Below, piece after piece: positions 37,030-49,700 of a stretch of DNA of 64,000 nt. The position numbers and the translations under genes are program-made. Position 1 is the first letter of the stretch. Each line of letters starts with the position of its first letter. Location: contig OZ316775.1 in NCBI GenBank assembly GCA_973851085.1, forward strand, positions 8,122,001 to 8,186,000, written 5' to 3'. The DNA comes from Ptychomitrium polyphyllum (Eukaryota). Under the pieces are notes generated by a model, which had not been told where the DNA came from, did not search any database, and saw nothing but the letters and a program-made list of their open reading frames with translations.

Positions 37030-37076
37030 TCACACCTTGGAAAGAAATATTCACACCTTGGAAAGAAATATTCACA
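37030..37076. repeat. 21-bp perfect tandem duplication ttcacaccttggaaagaaata
   Basis: Read directly from the sequence. Confidence 0.8.
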
Positions 37077-39139
37077 AAATTTTTGTTTCTATTCTTTGTT
37101 CAAGTTTCCAATATGATGCTTTCTATTGATTAGCTACTCTAAAAATTGACCACTAATTGATCTATTTAAAAAATTTGAAGAATAATTCCTCAACATAATT
37201 TTGAAAATGAATTTGGATGTTACAATATATGGTAATAATACATATAATCACGCTTACATAAACTATTATCTTTTTGTTTTGAATTTGGGAGGATCCAAAA
37301 ATTATTTACAAGATGCAATATTTGTAATATAGAATTTTAATATCAAGTTAATCTAATAATTTTTCAATATAATTTCTATATGAAAATTAGCTTTATTCAT
37401 ATATATATTTCACATAATTTTATTTTATTTTAAATGCAAATTTATTTTAGAATTATATGCTGAATACTTTTATTATATAAAATATTTATGTAATTATCAT
37501 GAGTTTTTTTGAGCAAGCATAATATGTGGATTTTCTTGTAATTACTTTTTTTTCATTTTTATCCCACCAACTTTTGTACATGATTATTCATAATAGACTA
37601 GCATTGTATGTGAAATTTTAATGTGTTTATTGAAATTTAAACCATTTCTATATAAATGACATAAAAATGTGAAGCGTTTAATATATCTTGAATACTTTTG
37701 GATCCATTAATGTAGTATTATTTCTATTAATAGTCCTAATGTTTAGTGTGGATTATATTTATTCAAATTTTTCAACAATAGAAAACATTAACACCTTATA
37801 ATGAAGATCCAAATACGTTTGATTCCAATGGATTCAATGTATTTTTTTATTTTAATACATTTAATTTTTTATTTTTTAATACAATTTTAAACAACTGAAA
37901 ATTGAAAATTTTAGCAATATTATTTTTCAAACATCAAGAAAGTTTCATTTAAAAAGAACATTGAAAATTTAACTTAATTGAATTTTAAAAATAGGCTTTT
38001 CACTAATTTAATTAAATAATTTTAAAGTTTTCATTAAAATTTTCTTTGCTACTTAGCTCTAATTTGCAACTTTGGAATTTTTGGAATGAACTTAATAAAC
38101 ACAAATGCATCATTTAGATCTTGCACCAATTTGATTTATAATACAAGAAATATTCCAATATTATAGATTACAAAAAATAATTAAAAAACGATTTTATAAT
38201 AGCATGGAGCATGTAGACAGTTGTTATTCCTACCTTAATATATTATTTATATGATATTGAAGATTAATTATAGGTGTTGTATTGTTATTTAGTCTAATTA
38301 AAAAAGACAAGAAAAGCTAAATCAAAATTGAAGCAACTTAGCCACTATAGCTAAGTTATTTAAATTCCTTAAAACTAATTCCAATAAATATTTTTAAGTG
38401 GTATTTTGGAAAGTTTAGCAATATACATATTTATATAGCAATATCAATGTACTAGTATTACATTAGGATATATAATGAAGAAGATATTTTGATGAATATT
38501 GATCATGATGACCAATCATGACCTATATACAATGTCATCCAAAGTCTTACAACTTAAAGACATGGTTTCTTGTTCATAAAAAGCTATGTTTTGTAGAAAA
38601 TTGAGAGCTTTTGAGAGATGGTGATATATAGGCCCTATTAATTATGGCACAATCAACTTTGCATCAATGTTCATAGCCAATGCTTTGCATCAATAAGGTC
38701 TCTCAAATAGAAAATTGCAACTACTTTAGGTAATCCAAAGAGCACATATCAAAGCATTTTGCAAAGATTTAGACCAAGAAGTGATGTACAAGACAAGCCT
38801 AGATGTAGTTATCTTTGATTTTTGATTCATATAATGAATGTGGAACGGTAAAATAGTTAAATTTATAAGATAATGGAATAACAACATCTGTAAGATGGAA
38901 ATTGCAAGTTGCTAGATTGCAAATGAGTGATGATATAAGTAGGTGGGTTTTTAAAAACTTGGTCTTCAAGTATGTATCTAAGAAGAAAAACCTCTATTAT
39001 GAGCACAACATTGTAGACAATATTGTAAATAGCCCTTTGCATGGTCAAATATTACCTAAAAAATATGGTATTGTTAGAGAATGTTTTAGGATGTTTTCTA
39101 CATTGTGTCTACCTAATCTACTTTGAAACACGCAATGAA

Positions 39140-39606
39140 GGAAATGTTATAATATGGAGGTGTATTAGTATACAAGGGATGAGAAACATACATTTGATTG
39201 AAGGTACAATGGCTACAAAGCTTTATATTAACATTCTTAAGCAAGATCCTTTAAGTATCATTCAAAAGAAAAGATTAAACATTGCAATTGTCATATTTCA
39301 AAAGGATAAAGATCCTAAACACACATCCAATCTTTTTAAAGATATGTTTGCAATGAAAATTTTAACCTATTGAGACATCCATCCAATTAACATGGTTTAA
39401 ATCCTATAGAACACATATAGAAAGAGATAGATAGGTCTCTAATAAGAATTTCTACTTGTAAACCAACTATTAAGAATGCCTTGTATGGAACAAGATCCAT
39501 CAAATTTGATGGAATATTAACACATGAATAGTGAAGAAAAATATTTATATCAATGTCACAAAGAACAAATAATGTTTTCATAGCAAAGAGAGTCTATACA
39601 CATTGA
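39140..39606 (+). mobile_element. Tc1/mariner (Tc1-like) transposase relic, C-terminal catalytic part
   Basis: GNVIIWRCISIQGMRNIHLIEGTMATKLYINILKQ...IFQKDKDPKHTS...LNPIEHI*...SMSQRTNNVFIAKRVYTH* matches the Tc1 consensus VMVWGC...FQQDNDPKHT...DLNPIEHLW. Stops and a frameshift are present; TIRs not found. Confidence 0.75.
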
Positions 39607-39734
39607 GAGGTGTCTTCTGTAGTAGTGTAAATAAATCTTGTTTGTTTCTTTATTTTTCACACTTCATTTCTTTGTATTGGCAATTATGAAGCAAAAGGCC
39701 CTTCTATAGTATAACTATTGTGAAACATTCAGCT

Positions 39735-39788
39735 AATTTACAACATCAACAATGCTGTTGTAAATTTACAACATCAACAATGCTGTTG
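39735..39788. repeat. 28-bp tandem duplication aatttacaacatcaacaatgctgttg(ta)
   Basis: Read directly from the sequence. Confidence 0.75.
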
Positions 39789-40062
39789 GATTGATATCCC
39801 AGATCAACGGAGAGTAACTGTAACTGTTCATTGCAAACTTGTTTCGTGAGGTATGCGGGGACCCTCTACAGCATCACAACTTCGTCTTCAAAACCACACA
39901 TAAAACTGGTATCTGTACAATCTACGCGACTGGAAACCACCGGACCCTCGTGTTAAACATGAGTCTTTATTGTCCCTAGCCACATGAAATAGCCCTGTGA
40001 AACACGTAGATCATTTCTTGCACTTCAGTTTGCTGTCGTTCATTGATACATCTTGCACTTGA

Positions 40063-42370
40063 TCACATTTCGAGGACGACAACTGATGGCATCACAGGTA
40101 CCGTAATTTTTCCCCAATTAGATTTTGAATCGTGTGGGATGTATCATTGGATGCAAGAATCAAGAAATGGCTGAAAAAGATGTAATTGAGCTATGGTCAA
40201 AACAAGTCTCTCTATAAATAAAACGGAAAGGAGTGAGAAGCTTACACTCAGCGTCTGTTCGAATCCACTTGCCGTTGTGAGAACAACCCCAGCCTTTCCC
40301 GAAGCTGGGACCTCTCTTCTTCCGCTGCTTACCCCCCACCGGCGCTTGGGGTGGTTTCGAAACGCCTGGTGCTCCTGTTCCACCTTTGTCAATGTTTGCA
40401 ATGCAGGGCGGACCCTGAAGATTCTCCAACACCGGGACCATCAGGATCCATACCATTTCACTATTCTGAGATGAGAAACGGTGATAGTATTAATCAGTTG
40501 AGAATTACCTAAGTGAGCAAGTCCTTACTTGTGCTTGAGATTCTCTGTGATCCGCTAAGGAATCTGAAGATTGCTCCTTCTCGGGCGTGACTTTGGTTGA
40601 AACTGGGCCACTGCATCCCGATCGCCACAGCCGTCCGAGATGAGCACCAAGTAACCTTTTACAGTAGTCTGTCCTATTGAGCTCGTATGAACCCCCGTCG
40701 CCCTTCAGCTTTTCAGGGGGCTTTAGCTGATTTTCCTTCATACCTTTCTGAGTTCGCCTTGACCTGGATGCGAAGAGGCTGCACCCACCACGTGAGTAGA
40801 AGTCCTCTGAATCGGACTGGTCACAATTCTTACGATCTATAATTGAGGGGAGATCTTGCTTAATCTCAGCCACCGCGTGAGTTCTGGCTCTTGACGAAAT
40901 TGTACAAGAGGGGTGCTCCTTGGCTGTGATGAGATTCGTGCTTCCGAAGGAAAGGGCTCGGCAGTGCAATCCCGCGATAAATGTGTCGTGGTCATCGAAG
41001 ATGGGATACGACTCCTTTCGTCTGCAAGCTGTTGAGAGGATGGGACTTTGTTTTGAATGTTGCGATTCAGTTTCGTCGTCAGAGCTTCGAACATCGCGGA
41101 TCGCCACATGCACACTAGAGACGCTGTTGTGACGGGAGTTGTAATTGTTTGCTGGAGATTTAACTTGGCGGCCGTCGAGGCGAGTCACCCCTGCGAGCTG
41201 GTCTAAGGCAAACGTCCCGATGGTGAGCAAGCCCTCTTGCTCGTGGCTGAACACGAAGCGGATCGTCTCCTGTAATTTTTCTTCCCATGTTTCCGAACCC
41301 ACGTTCCCTACTTCCTCGAAAAAATATTTCGAGGGCCGAGAGAAGGTGACTTTTTGCTGCGGTGTAACAAGGGGATCCCCATGTCCAACGGGTTCACATC
41401 CATACCTCGTTCCATACTCTTTAGTTCCGGGTCCCTGGGCGCTACAAGAGGCATCTGAGAAACAAGGAATTGGCAGCTATTAGTGTGCAGAACATTGCAG
41501 AGTGATCATGATAAGCACTTAAAAGGCTCAACTTTCCAATTCCTTTAAAAAAGAAACGCTCTTTAAAATAGTACGAAAAAGCGATTTCGGTACCAGTGAT
41601 AACAACACGTACCACCAAACTAGACGATCAGCAGTGGCATGATCACCTAAATCTCTTTCATCGGACAACAATCACGTCAAAACATATGCTGCTGTATCAG
41701 GTCTGGAAAATTGTACATTCTTGCATGATGTAGAAAGTCGTAGATATGTAATCATATGGACATAGAGTGAAGACGATAACTCTGGCTAGACGATCATGAG
41801 ATTATAATTCTAAGCAACATGGTGTCCTTGAAACTTGGATCTTAACTCCAAAATATGGATCAGATGCTTGAGTAGGAGTAGGAGACGTACAATTGGTGAC
41901 TGCAATTCTTAAATATTGACAACCAGTTTATTAAGTTCTATAAAAAGTAGCCTACTATGCTTACGATGAATAATTAGACGAATCTGGCTAAGGTTCTTCA
42001 TGGATTCGTCGTGCTCGAACAAAGAATTTGAACGATTACAGGATGACTGACATTTGTCTCGGTAATAACTCACAGATATCGACATACGCACCAAATTAGC
42101 CCTAACTACTAATCTTAAATCACTATGCAATATTGTCGGAGCAAACCTGATTTCTTCAGTTCTTGATGAGCTGATAGAGTTGGCGGAGGATCCTTCTTTC
42201 GTCCCCACCCAAAAAACTGCACACCACCATTATATAACTCCCGTTAACACCATCTTCCAGGTTCCTGGCTTCGACCGACTTGCATCCAACGTCGCAAGAA
42301 TAGAGTTTAATTAGCATGTTCTGTGGGATGATCTACCCTGCAAGACGGATCAGCACCGGCGTACCTTCAT
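40063..42370 (-). CDS. LAZY: LAZY1/DRO1/NGR (IGT-family) gravitropic-signalling protein, ~396 aa
   Basis: Exons 42370-42365 (ATG AAG), 42216-42147 (FFGWGRKK...), 41454-40529, 40414-40246 and 40082-40063; all GT-AG, in frame, 1191 nt total. Region I MKFFGW, region II GLLTIGTF, and C-terminal CCL motif GKWIRTDAE|FVVLEM*. Confidence 0.88.
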
Positions 42371-44914
42371 AACTGGATGATGATGGTACTTTGTCCTAGC
42401 TTGGCTGAGTTTATCAACAAGGGTTGAATACCAACCGTTGGTAGAGCGTGAGTATGCCCTTGCACTCAGTTCAGCCGGTAAAATCTTCAGCCCGGTTAGC
42501 TAGCTCCCAGTCATTCAGAAGAACCTAGATCAGCTGTCTGATACAAGCAGCAGATCAACGAGCCATCAGTTTATGTCCTTCCTATGATATTACACTGTGT
42601 CAGAGCTTCCTCCAGATTGTCATACAACGAACTCAAAGAACTCTAAGAAATGAAGTCCAACGAAACTCTCAAAGGAAAGGAGAGATGACGTCGTCGCCGA
42701 GCTTTTGTCAATATTTATATAATACATCAATGAGACATTTTTCTCGACTAATGCAACAATATTCATGCCGATGGATCCCCTAAGAAACCAGAAGAAGCTA
42801 GCTAGTGGTAGCAGAATCACAGCTGGGTTAGTAATTGACTCTAGAGTCCCCGACCGTAACTGTGTGAAACTGGTTACCCATGTCTTAGCAAGCTTGCAAC
42901 TGCAACTTGATGAGCTGCGGGCTAGAACCGAGCAACACAGACGTTCGTTTCAGCACAAGATGTAATCTAGACAAGGACTGATAACCTGTTGACCTGCTGA
43001 TTGCTGGCTCAGGAGGCCCAAACACCGTAGACAAAATCTTCCTGGTCTGAAACCGGCTGGCTTCTAAGTCCTGCTGTTTTGTCTCTAGATCATCTTGAAC
43101 AGGGAGCTCAGTCTGCTGCAAGTCGATACCTGGCAATTAATGAAAGACAACGGGGCACACTGTAGTCGGGGGTTGGGACGTTGACGTATGATCCATCGCA
43201 ACTACTCACTGTGGACGCCGTCTGTGAGCAAGTTGGTCGAGACTAGAGTGAGGGCCTGACATTGGGTGAGTTTGAAGAAGAATACAGGCCAATTTAAGAC
43301 TTGTTCCGGGGTGACAGACGCAACAACCCGAATAGTATGCATCACAAAAGGCGATAGAAATAGGAAAAAGTAACTTATCGATGTTGGTCTATTGCCTGAG
43401 AAGGCGTCCCTACCAAATCCTTAATCAGAAGTTTACTGTACAAACAAACGGATCGTAATACTAAAATACAATATCAAGCCCATGCCGAAATGGAACTTCT
43501 AGATTACGTGTGTTGTAGCAGCAGACTTACTATTTAGGTTCCAGCAAATAAGTTATAAAATTATTACTGAATCATGCGTTTCGCAGCATTCCACTTTCAG
43601 TTATGCTTACAGGTTGCTTTGGAATTTCAGGCGCCTCGGGTCAAGCTCCACTGTCAAGTTTTGTCAAATGATCCATCATTGGAACTTACTACGTAGAGTT
43701 CATGTCTATCATTTAAGTCTGCGGCCCCTGCAGTAGCTGGAAGATTCCAAGATATAATGAATAAAATATTAGGGCTAACCACCATCAAGCAAGCCTACAG
43801 GGACCAAGTTCTGAGACTGCTACTTTAATCATTATAGCTCTTTGACGAAATCTACATAACATGGAAACTTTTTAGATTTACACAGAAGTGGGACAGATCC
43901 AGTCTCCTACGGTTTTTTTTTGTACTGTTGGGGAATGATATCATAATTTTCTTTACTTGTTGGTTCGTAAGAAACAAGGAAAGAAATTGCAACTCTAAGT
44001 TTCACTTTGTTCACCTTGATTAAGGCCCTCCTAAATTCTTTTGCTGATATGTGGTGGATTGTGATTCATAGGTATTACAGATGATGACTATCATTCAAGT
44101 ACCTGCTCAATGGGTAGAAATTGGATGTTAACTGCCTGTTGTGAATGGTTTTGTTCATATTCACACACCGGTGGAAATGAGTGATTGGGATCAAGACTAT
44201 TATAAATTTTCCTACCTGGTACCTCGGTACAGTTGCAATCGTGGAGGAAGGAAGATTCTTTTACTTGTAGACTCATTGATCATGCTACAACCCAAGCGTA
44301 CCGCACAAGTGGACTGCTTTTGCTAGTACAAATTACTGATCAGCACCAAACTGCTGATCATGCCATGGCTGCAACCCAACTTATTCGAACCATTTAAAAG
44401 GAATGTCTTGGGAAGTTGAGTTTATTTATCAGCAACGGATTTCTTCATTTGTTCTTTTTTAAAACACGCCTGTTCTAGCGACAAGTGGATCTTGAAACCC
44501 TTCTTCTTTTAGATTTTATATATTGATTTATTGGATCTACTTCCACCAGCCATCGGTCCAATTGAAAGGAAGATAAGACAAAGCAAATTCAACCAATGGA
44601 GCTACTAAAGGATACGAACAAAGATTGGAAAATTTGGATTATACCAAAAGCCCAATGACCTCCTCCATTGGTGGTAAGGATCATGCACTTTTGAAATTAA
44701 AACCTTCACAATCACAAAGAAGCTTTTATTGGTTCAAATATCACTTACTCGGTCCACATGACAGTGGAATTGCAATTTTGATACAATTTGGTAATGGGTA
44801 AGATATACCCACCCATCTTCATGGAAGCATGCAGGAATATGCAAGTTGAGTACTGTCCCTTTGATGTTCTGTAGACATTGATAGATGATCACTGTTCAAA
44901 AATGTAAAACTGCA

Positions 44915-45052
44915 ATGATAATATAATATTATAATGTTACATTATAATGTTATATAATGTTATATGATGTTATATTAATAAGTTATAATGTTATAGTATT
45001 ATCACATATTATAATATATTATGTTATTATAATACTATACATTTATAATAAT
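44915..45052. repeat. AT-rich low-complexity repeat (ttataatg-like)
   Basis: Repeated attataatgtta(t/c)a motifs. Confidence 0.7.
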
Positions 45053-46627
45053 TCCTAAGTGGAAATGCAACCTAGCTCTCTGCGAGTTCCTTTCAGCTCA
45101 AACTTGGGACCTGAATAGACATACATTATTATTTTTCTGCCAGGGACTTTTGTTCACATGAACTCAACCTTCAAAGCAAAACTGCAATGATGAATGGCCT
45201 TTTCTTTTTACATATGGCGGCTATAGAAGAAGTACATAATACGCTAGAACCAAAGTTAGGATGATCCTCTATTAAGGAATCAAATTCAAAACTTGTTGAG
45301 TCATGGATTATAAATGATAATACTTGAATGTTTAGGTAAATAGTGTAGATTTTGATACAAGATTGCCCCAAGAGTGGTTTTAATATAAAAAAAAATTAGC
45401 TAGTACTTACATTGTACATTGAGCCTTATTAATAGTACTCTATTCCAAAACCATTAATTATTGATTTATATTTCTTGTAATCAATCATAATAATCAATCA
45501 TATTGCTTGGATCCTTAGTGCTTATGTGATTAGGTGGTCTATCCAATAGAGACTTGCTCCAATATTAAAAGAATTATACAACATAAATTAAAAATAATAT
45601 AAAATGTCACCAGTTTAAATTTCTTGCCATGATATTAAATATTAAATTAAAAATTCCAATATTATAACACTTAATATTAACAAGTTCTTAGTTAAACAAC
45701 ACACTTTTATAGATTTTGTACAAAAATTGTTGCTCAAAATCTTTTGTAAAAGCTGCTTTTATAAGCACGTAGAAATAAAACCAAAAAATTAATCTTTTTC
45801 TATTTTGGTTTGTAGGATCTTTTTGAGTAGATTGTCACAAGAATGTGTGGATTTTTTTGGCAAAATTGACGACACATGTTGGAAAAACTTAGCATTTGCA
45901 ATCCATTTGCCAGGATCTGACAAACATTGACTCTTCTTATAGTGAGACATTTACACTATGGCAAATTGAGAATTCTTCATCATCACTAAAATGAATGAAA
46001 ATTTCATGTTTTTATCCTTTTTTCATCACTAAAAATGGGTGATGAATTTTTTTTTAAAAAGATTTGAAGATCGGATGACAAATCCACGTCAAGCACACTA
46101 TTGTATGGAATTCTAAGAGTATCCTTGATTTTCTTGAAGTCAAGTAAAGTTCACCAAGTCATTCATATTTGCCAAGTCAAGTCCTTTCAATTCTAAAAAT
46201 TTGATGACATTCTTCAGACTCCATACAAGAGCATGCTTAAAAAGGATGTAGTCTTATCATCAAATCTTCAAAATCTAGAATTTCATATATCTAATTTATT
46301 TTATGTGATATTAAATATTTCAATGGGGGTGTTTGTAAATGTTAACTCCATATAAATAATAAGAATCCTCTTTATATTTGGGTGTGTCCAGTGGAAGCTG
46401 TCTTCTCCTGCACTTTTCCATGCTAAAGGCTAAAGCATGGCAGAATCAGCTTTTGAGTAAGTGCCCTGGGACATGGATGATGACTTGATCATAAGTTAAA
46501 TTTCTTGTCCATGACTCATAGTGCATGTCATTCCACCAGATCTGGACAGTCACATGGATGCTGGAACTTGCAGGTCTCTTATAGGTTGTCTCGGGCACAT
46601 ACCATGTAACCCAGGTTAGACTGACAG

Positions 46628-46704
46628 AGCATGTTATAAAGCTCTCCACCAGCATGTTATAAAGCTCTCCACCAGCATGTTATAAAGCTCTCCACCAGCA
46701 TGTT
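46628..46704. repeat. Perfect 23-bp tandem repeat x3.3 (agcatgttataaagctctccacc)
   Basis: Identical copies start at 46628, 46651 and 46674, followed by a partial copy; no spacers. Confidence 0.92.
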
Positions 46705-49700
46705 CATTTCTCTTTTTCCCATTGAGGCACTAAAGCCACCATATTATACTGCTTGCTCATAAGAGCTTCTTTTTATTACAAATCCCCTGATTGTGTGTAA
46801 CTCAGGACAATGCAGGGTCATGGACACCAGACGTGCCCAAATCTCATCATCACTCAATGTTGATGCAGGCACTTCAATTTTACAAATTCTATAAACAGAC
46901 TAATTTTGATTTTGCATCTGGGTTCTCCGACCAATCTTCAGATCTGGAAGCAACTCATCATTGCCATTGAAAGTGGGAAATTGATAGTGCGATTGTAGCA
47001 CCTGTAAATTTAAACAACTCTTTCAATCTTCTCCACAATAAGTCATATCCATTACACAATGTTGTGTACGTAAAAATTGCCAAACACATTAGATTGAGTA
47101 TCATAACCATTATTGAATCTGCAATAAACAAAACCAAACAAGAATGCATAACAAACACACCTTCAAGAGAACAAAAAGAAATCACAATAGATGAATTGAA
47201 CAATCTTGTTCCAGAAAGGGAGAACTTTAAAAATGTAAATGTACAAAGAAATCAAAGGTATTTTTTAAATGGTTTTACTACCATTTTCATACAAACCTTA
47301 CACAAGGTTTTTCTTTCTCAAACTAAGCTCACAAGACTTTATTTAACAAAGAATGTTAAGCCAAGAAAGCTTCTCCATCTAATATCCCTTCAAAATCCTA
47401 ATTGGTACTAATAAAGACATTTAATATGAATTTTATCAAATGGATGAAAATTTTGTTAAACATAATTATACTACATTCATCCAATATCACTTAGCACTCA
47501 ATGCAATGTCATGTAACAACAATCTCTTAAGTCAAATATTGCATTGTTCTAATAAATACACTATGGCAGTTAAGAAACAATTGAATATATAGTGACTATA
47601 TATGTTGCAAGTGACAATTATGAATATATCATTCTATAAACTAATATAGGGGTTTACAGAAGTCAATTTTCAAAAACCATAAGAAATTCATACAAAGTTG
47701 AGAAAATTTATTTTTTAAAACTTTAGTTTTTCATCCTTTGCAATTTGTTTCTCATGAAGCTCATTGTCTCACATATGCTAATTTGCTTAAACAAAAGAAA
47801 TTAGTAAAGGCATGTTGTATTGATTGCATGTGGCATGGATCTATTTTATTGATTTGGTATATAAACTCCTTTAATCTCTAATGAAATAAGGTTTTAACAA
47901 TGGAATTATACCTTTGGATGAAAGACTTTTTGTTTTTAAAAAAGGAATCCAAAAACATCATTGAAGAATATTATGATTAAAATAGCATGTATATCAGCAT
48001 ATAGAAATAAAATAGAAAATTAAATTAATTCATAATAGGTATTAAAACAAATGTCTAGTCTAAATTTAATTTTAGATCCTTTAAAAGAAGATAAAATATT
48101 AAATTTTATTAATGGGATATATATCTTATGGTACAATAATTTGCTCTTATATGACACTATGTGGTATTTTCAAAATACATCCACTATTTATCAAATTGAT
48201 GTTCTTTTATGTATCTATATATAAGTGTTATAATGGTATTTTGGTACAAAAAATAATAAAGAATGCAAATGGTTTAAATAGATTGATATGATGGCTTAAC
48301 ATCAACTTTATATTACATGAAGGACCTATTAATGACATTTTGTTTAAACATTTAATAAATTTAATATTTCTATATTTTTATAAGTTTCTTATTATAATTG
48401 CTTTAAAGCTTCATCAATTAAGACTATTAAATTCATTGTTTATAAGACCAATATAACTACATCAAATGTAAAATGTTACAAAGTAGTAAAAAAAATCAGT
48501 CATATTACACACCTTGACTTGCTCCAATATTATACACATTATATGTAAAAATTGCCTATATGTATCATTAGATATCAAATTAGATGATGGAAAAAAAATT
48601 AAAAATTTAAAAAAATTGTAAATAAATTCTAAAATTTGGTAAGAATTCCAATATATTTAAAACATGTATATAAAAAGGATCAAAAAATGTAAGTCTAGTA
48701 TACATGATTAGTTCTTAGAATTGCTGTACATCTTTTATAATTAATAAAAATTACATCAATTGTACCAATTACTTATGTCATGAAATTTGGACCTATTTAA
48801 GGACATGATTGCCATCAAAACTTCAAATGTATATGATTTAGTTTTTTAAAACTCTATTAATAACAACAACAATTCAAATCCAATCCAAGTTTTTTTAGTA
48901 TGGTCCATATATAAAAGACATTGTAAATTGGATACAATATTGAATCAAATACATATAATACAATTTTTTTACAATTCATTAATTTTTTATTAAAGATTAT
49001 TATTTCTATTGGAAATTTTTTTTAGAATAAAAGCTATTTTAATGTTTTAAATGGATGCATGAATAAGTAGATCAAAAATGACAAAGAAAGCTTTCTATAA
49101 AGTACTTAAAGAACTTTGCATATGATTTCTATTGTATTATTAAGATAAAAAATTTAATGTATATTGGTATATGAAAAACATATCTTTGACTTGACATATT
49201 TGGATATAATAGTCAAATATACAACTTCAATAGATTGTCATGGTCCATAATATGCATTGGAGGTTAAGTAACAAATGATACAATTAACTTTACACCTAGG
49301 ATGCATGAATTTATACAAGCACTATAAAGAAATTAAAAATATTAAAACATTAAGATGTAGGTGCAAATGCAAGAAATAAAAGTCTATGCCTTTATAATAA
49401 GAAAATACAATTTTACTAAAAAAATTGGGCTTTGATTGGAATTTTTTTTATAAGTTTGCTTTATAGTTACAAGGTAAAATGTAAGAGATTGACTTTTGGT
49501 CATCTAACTTGCATAGTGAAAAATTTACAATGTCAAAACAATAGAAACCTTTATCCACACATACACCATAACTTAGATATTTTTTATTTCCTAGAGTGTC
49601 CCATATCAACAACAAACAAAACATAACATGTTTAGCCCACTAGTATGGAAGTTTCTATGTCTGCAAATATTTTCTTTTAAATTTTTTGAAAATTTATTTT

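Noticed and set aside
46628..46704. 23-bp direct repeats resembling a CRISPR array
   Set aside because: No spacers, no cas genes, and a eukaryotic context.
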